64,000 nt of DNA. Source: Octopus bimaculoides (lineage: Eukaryota). The stretch lies in contig NC_069004.1 in the NCBI RefSeq assembly GCF_001194135.2, forward strand, positions 3,315,921 through 3,379,920, read 5' to 3'. The position numbers were made by a program, and so were the translations under genes. How positions within the stretch are numbered: the stretch's first letter is position 1; every line of letters starts with the position of its first letter. The notes beneath the pieces were generated by a model, which worked only from the letters and a program-made list of their open reading frames with translations, was not told the origin of the DNA and ran no database searches. This document shows positions 61,801-64,000 of this stretch, one piece after another.

Positions 61801-63828
61801 ATGGCACCTTGGGCAAGTATATTTTGTTATAGCCTCAGTCTGACCAAAGTCTTGTGAGCAGATTTTGATAGATGGAAACTGAATGAAGCCTGAGATTCCA
61901 GGCAGTTCATCTGGGCAAACCGACCCCCATTCAACCCTTTGTCTATTATTGATCCTCTTTGGTGACTCCTGGACTAAATCCTTCAAGGCAGTGCCCCAGC
62001 ATGGCTACAGTCTAATGACAGGACCAAATAAAAGATAAAAGATAAAATAAACAGATGACAAATATATATATTTGAACTTACATCACAATCAAAGCCTTCT
62101 TCATATCGGTCCCCTCGTTCCCGAGAGGGTCGGTCTTTTCTATCTCGTCCATCACGACTTCTGCTCCGGTCTCGATCTCGGTCGAAGCCTCGGTCTCGAT
62201 CACGGTCCCTGTCACGATCCCGGTCGCGTCGAGATCGGTCTACCACACGACCTCTGCGTCTGTCATGCACCCTTCTGTCAGGCTGATGAGATCTGCATAA
62301 TGAAGGAAACACATACATCACGTTAAACCAGTGGCTCCCAACCAGGGTCCATTATAAGATTTCTATGGGGTTCACACAAGCAAAATAATAAACTGGGTCT
62401 GCAGTAACATTCTTAGGCGGGGTCCATGAAAAAATTTTGCTTTAGATGTTTTTACTGCAAGATACAACAAAATCTGTTTTAACACACAATTTCACATCAA
62501 GAATTTATGAAACCAAAATACCTAACTTAATTATTTACTTATCTTACCTGAAAAATCTTCACTTCTAAAGGCTACAGCATGTGATTTGAGGGCGATTTTG
62601 CTGATATTTCAAGCAGGGCAAGAGACTGATTCATGCAGAGGTGCTGGTGTCACATAAAAATCACTCAGTACTCTCTGTAGAATGGTTGGTGTTAAGAAGG
62701 GCATCCAGTGGTAAAAACCATACCAAAATGGACAATTGGAGCCTGGTGTAGCTCTCCCATGTGCCAGCTCTTGTTGAATCATCCAACCCATGCCAACATG
62801 GAAAACAGATGATGATGATGATGATGATGATGTGCCCATGTCATTTATCTCTAGCAGCCTTGATTCAGCAGACATTTGACGCATGACCTTCAAGCTGTAA
62901 ATACCTTTACTGGCACTCTGTCGGTGACCATGACAAGGGTTCCACTTCATTTGATCAACGGAACAGCCTGCTTGTGAAATTAACGTGCAAGTGGCCGAGC
63001 ACTCCACAGACACGCATACCCTTAATGTAGTTCTCAGAGAGATTCAGCGTGACACAGAGTGTGACAAGGCTGGCCCCTTTCGAATTACAGGTACAACTCG
63101 TTTTTGCCAGCTGAGTGAGCTGGAACAATGTGAAATAAAGTGTCTTACTCAAGGACACAATGAGCCGCTGGGAATTGAACTCATGACCTTATGATCGAGA
63201 GCTGATTACCCTAACGCATATAAGATGAAAAAAAAGTCCCTTACCTGTCTCTGTCTCTATCCCGGAACTCTGAGTCCTTTCGGTAACCATGTCTGTCCTC
63301 GTAGTTATAGTCATCTCGGTAATCACTCTCACAGTAGCCAGTGTCGTAACCGGCGTTGCTGTTGCCGCTTGTACTAGTGGTGGTGGCGGGGTTAGTGACA
63401 GCAGGTGGCGGCGGTGGCGGCGGGCTGACGGTGTTCCCTGACGTGGGCGCACTGATGGCAGTGCTGGCAGTGGTGACGAGGTTGTTGTTGCCCGCCACGA
63501 GGCCGACGGAGATGACAGGCGGCGGACAGCTGGTGGCGGCGCTGTAATCGCCCCGGTAGGCATCGTTGTAGTCGGTTCTGTAGCCACCTGTTGCAATGAC
63601 TGCACCACCAACACCACCGACTACACCAACAGCATTCACAGCAACCGAATTAACTGCAACCGCAGGACGATAGTTGTTGAATGTGCCAACGGTGCCGACA
63701 ATGGCGGCTGGTGGTGGAGGGCCGACAAGGCCAGCAGCAGTAACAGCAGCTACTGCTGTGTTCATATATTGTGGTGGAGGTGGTGGTGGTGGTATATTCG
63801 GATGAAGCTGGTCATTTGGGTCTGACAT
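30002..63828 (-). CDS. RBM5/RBM10: RNA-binding protein 5/10 family splicing regulator, multi-exon gene span; two RRM1 exons and one exon end not found, probably in gaps
   Basis: Ordered domains: RD/RS tract, RRM1 (KDVRLMRK), RanBP2 ZnF ([22 protein letters not shown]), RRM2 (TLIFRGLD...SQGYGFAE), OCRE ([20 protein letters not shown]), KEKE, C2H2 ([10 protein letters not shown]...HTQLSDLH), [14 protein letters not shown]-patch ([19 protein letters not shown]), C-terminal KKSMFARY. Confidence 0.96.
30499..30660. repeat. Degenerate ~28-bp minisatellite, about 6 copies with GAGCA core
   Basis: GAGCA recurs at ~28-bp spacing followed by AAGG...TG.ATAAA.AG. Confidence 0.6.
31546..31672 (-). CDS. 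RBM5/RBM10: RBM5/10 G-patch exon
   Basis: [54 protein letters not shown]. Confidence 0.95.
33303..33381 (-). CDS. RBM5/RBM10: RBM5/10 exon ([26 protein letters not shown]), truncated by gap
   Basis: CCCCAG acceptor, family motif. Confidence 0.92.
34120..34185 (-). CDS. RBM5/RBM10: RBM5/10 exon ([22 protein letters not shown])
   Basis: TTACAG/GTAGGA, phase 0 to 0. Confidence 0.88.
35170..35451 (-). CDS. RBM5/RBM10: RBM5/10 exon with poly-Ala and C2H2 zinc finger
   Basis: [12 protein letters not shown]...[33 protein letters not shown]. Confidence 0.95.
36174..36227 (-). CDS. RBM5/RBM10: RBM5/10 54-nt symmetric exon ([18 protein letters not shown])
   Basis: TTGCAG/GTAAGT, phase 0 to 0. Confidence 0.75.
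37120..37287 (-). CDS. RBM5/RBM10: RBM5/10 exon ([14 protein letters not shown]...[14 protein letters not shown])
   Basis: Family motif DME.WA..LN; TTCTAG/GTAAGC. Confidence 0.95.
37986..38162 (-). CDS. RBM5/RBM10: RBM5/10 exon, OCRE end and KEKE region
   Basis: [14 protein letters not shown]...[12 protein letters not shown]. Confidence 0.95.
38523..38614 (-). CDS. RBM5/RBM10: RBM5/10 OCRE exon
   Basis: [29 protein letters not shown]. Confidence 0.96.
39328..39552 (+). mobile_element. Mariner-derived MITE carrying transposase C-terminal remnant
   Basis: Imperfect TIRs TGAGGGGGTGTTGAAAAGTTCCTGG / CCAGGAACTTGTCACCCGCCCCCCTCG; internal [12 protein letters not shown]. Confidence 0.7.
39760..40084 (-). 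CDS. RBM5/RBM10: RBM5/10 low-complexity linker exon ([10 protein letters not shown]...NDEYPKY)
   Basis: TTCAAG/GTAAGT, phase 0 to 1. Confidence 0.9.
42068..42895. mobile_element. Possible MITE bounded by 12-bp inverted repeats
   Basis: AGGGTTGCCAGA (42068-42079) / TCTGGCAACCCT (42884-42895); no TSD established. Confidence 0.35.
42951..43042 (-). CDS. RBM5/RBM10: RBM5/10 exon ([31 protein letters not shown])
   Basis: Family A..A..A.Q motif; AAATAG/GTAAAG. Confidence 0.92.
43967..44120 (-). CDS. RBM5/RBM10: RBM5/10 Tyr/Gln-rich exon with NAGNAG acceptor
   Basis: [17 protein letters not shown]...NYTHQ; CTCAG CAG tandem acceptor. Confidence 0.88.
44972..45496. mobile_element. Mariner-derived fold-back MITE with ~150-bp inverted arms
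   Basis: Ends CCTGATCAATAAGTACCCGG / CCGGATACTTATTGATCAGACCTTGTA; internal [18 protein letters not shown] resembles mariner transposase N-terminus. Confidence 0.8.
45630..45678 (-). CDS. RBM5/RBM10: RBM5/10 exon ([16 protein letters not shown])
   Basis: Long pyrimidine tract + TAG/GTGAGT, phase 2 to 0. Confidence 0.85.
46120..46495 (-). mobile_element. SINE family A copy, minus orientation
   Basis: Reverse complement of the family head ends at ~46495. Confidence 0.85.
46571..46835 (-). CDS. RBM5/RBM10: RBM5/10 RRM2 exon
   Basis: [14 protein letters not shown]...[19 protein letters not shown]...[10 protein letters not shown]. Confidence 0.96.
47232..47470 (+). mobile_element. SINE family A copy, plus orientation, diverged
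   Basis: GGCTGAGTGATAAGA...GGTCCCACTACATGGCACC...GGCAAGTGTCTTCT. Confidence 0.75.
47701..47760 (-). CDS. RBM5/RBM10: RBM5/10 exon ([20 protein letters not shown])
   Basis: TTTCAG/GTAAGT, phase 1 to 1. Confidence 0.9.
48140..48200 (-). CDS. RBM5/RBM10: RBM5/10 RanBP2 zinc finger exon
   Basis: [20 protein letters not shown]. Confidence 0.96.
48326..48427 (-). CDS. RBM5/RBM10: RBM5/10 exon, RRM1 end and ZnF start
   Basis: [19 protein letters not shown]...CDWVCTK. Confidence 0.95.
49993..50356 (+). mobile_element. Non-autonomous Helentron/DINE-1-like element (HINE)
   Basis: Subterminal inverted repeat ACCTCTGC (49998-50005) / GCAGAGGT (50325-50332), then short hairpin GCTCTCTGAGTGC and T-rich end. 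Confidence 0.55.
57100..57123 (-). CDS. RBM5/RBM10: Candidate 24-nt microexon inside RBM5/10 RRM1
   Basis: TTGTTTTCACTTTCAG|CTAATCAACATCTGTTTTCTTCTG|GTAAGT; length divisible by 3, no stop in phase 0 or 1. Confidence 0.6.
57361..57582. mobile_element. piggyBac-type MITE, same family, 240 bp upstream of the microexon
   Basis: Perfect 12-bp TIR CCCTTTAGTGTT / AACACTAAAGGG with TTAA on both sides. Confidence 0.8.
59746..59812 (-). CDS. RBM5/RBM10: RBM5/10 RRM1 exon ([22 protein letters not shown])
   Basis: TTGTAG/GTGAGT; DVRLM motif. Confidence 0.92.
59899..60105 (+). mobile_element. tRNA-headed SINE family B (representative copy)
   Basis: B-box GAGTTCAAATTCC then ...GATAAAATAAGTACCAG; copies near 4530-4742, 5870-6070, 8050-8240, 11270-11476, 23090-23270, 39130-39300, 56010-56220. 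Confidence 0.8.
62082..62292 (-). CDS. RBM5/RBM10: RBM5/10 RD/RS-rich exon
   Basis: [30 protein letters not shown]; ATGCAG/GTAAGT. Confidence 0.92.
62900..63215. mobile_element. Interspersed repeat family D
   Basis: GATCAACGGAACAGC...GAAATTAACGTGCAAGTGG...GCACTCCACAGACACG shared with 25650-25930. Confidence 0.75.
63245..63828 (-). CDS. RBM5/RBM10: RBM5/10 probable first coding exon (Pro/Ala/Val/Gly-rich N-terminus then DYRDDY)
   Basis: Acceptor TTTCTAG before 63846, ATG 18 nt later, AG|GTAA donor in phase 2; true start could be in an exon beyond the window. Confidence 0.8.
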
Positions 63829-64000
63829 CTCAAAAACCCTTTGCCACTAGAAAGGGAAGAAAAAGAAAGAAAACAAACTCACATAAATATATATACACGT
63901 ACACAGATAGTGAATATATACAGATAGATACATAAGCAGATAAACATACATATATAGATATACAAACAGTTATTATATATATATATATATATATATATAT

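Noticed and set aside
63189-63617. Alternative-frame and antisense ORFs over the RBM5/10 first exon (also 35171-35455, 39840-40143, 726-953)
   Set aside because: Shadows of GC-rich real exons
613-63828. Selenoprotein or SECIS link suggested by tRNA-Sec
   Set aside because: No in-frame TGA in traced exons apart from the terminal RBM5/10 stop, which matches the family C-terminus; no SECIS recognised

Overview
AT-rich, microsatellite- and SINE-dense animal genomic DNA with 14 large N-gaps. The repeat families and gene structure suggest an octopus/coleoid draft assembly (inference). Three genes lie in tandem on the minus strand. (1) An RBM5/RBM10-family splicing regulator, coding span 30002-63828: RD/RS region, RRM1, RanBP2 zinc finger, RRM2, OCRE, C2H2 finger, G-patch. 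(2) A complete 87-nt selenocysteine tRNA gene (22598-22684, anticodon TCA) with an upstream TATA box. (3) SNAPC4/SNAP190, coding span 613-21427, with its Myb repeats. I traced exons by hand using GT-AG sites and reading-frame phase; several expected exons are missing, probably in gaps. The most notable observations: tRNA-Sec, a SNAPc-dependent Pol III gene in studied animals, sits about 1.2 kb upstream of the gene for SNAPc's core DNA-binding subunit; the RBM5/10 introns hold a 24-nt microexon and several candidate poison/cassette exons; and there are a CRE-like retrotransposon relic and several fold-back elements. No CRISPR, rRNA or prokaryotic features.
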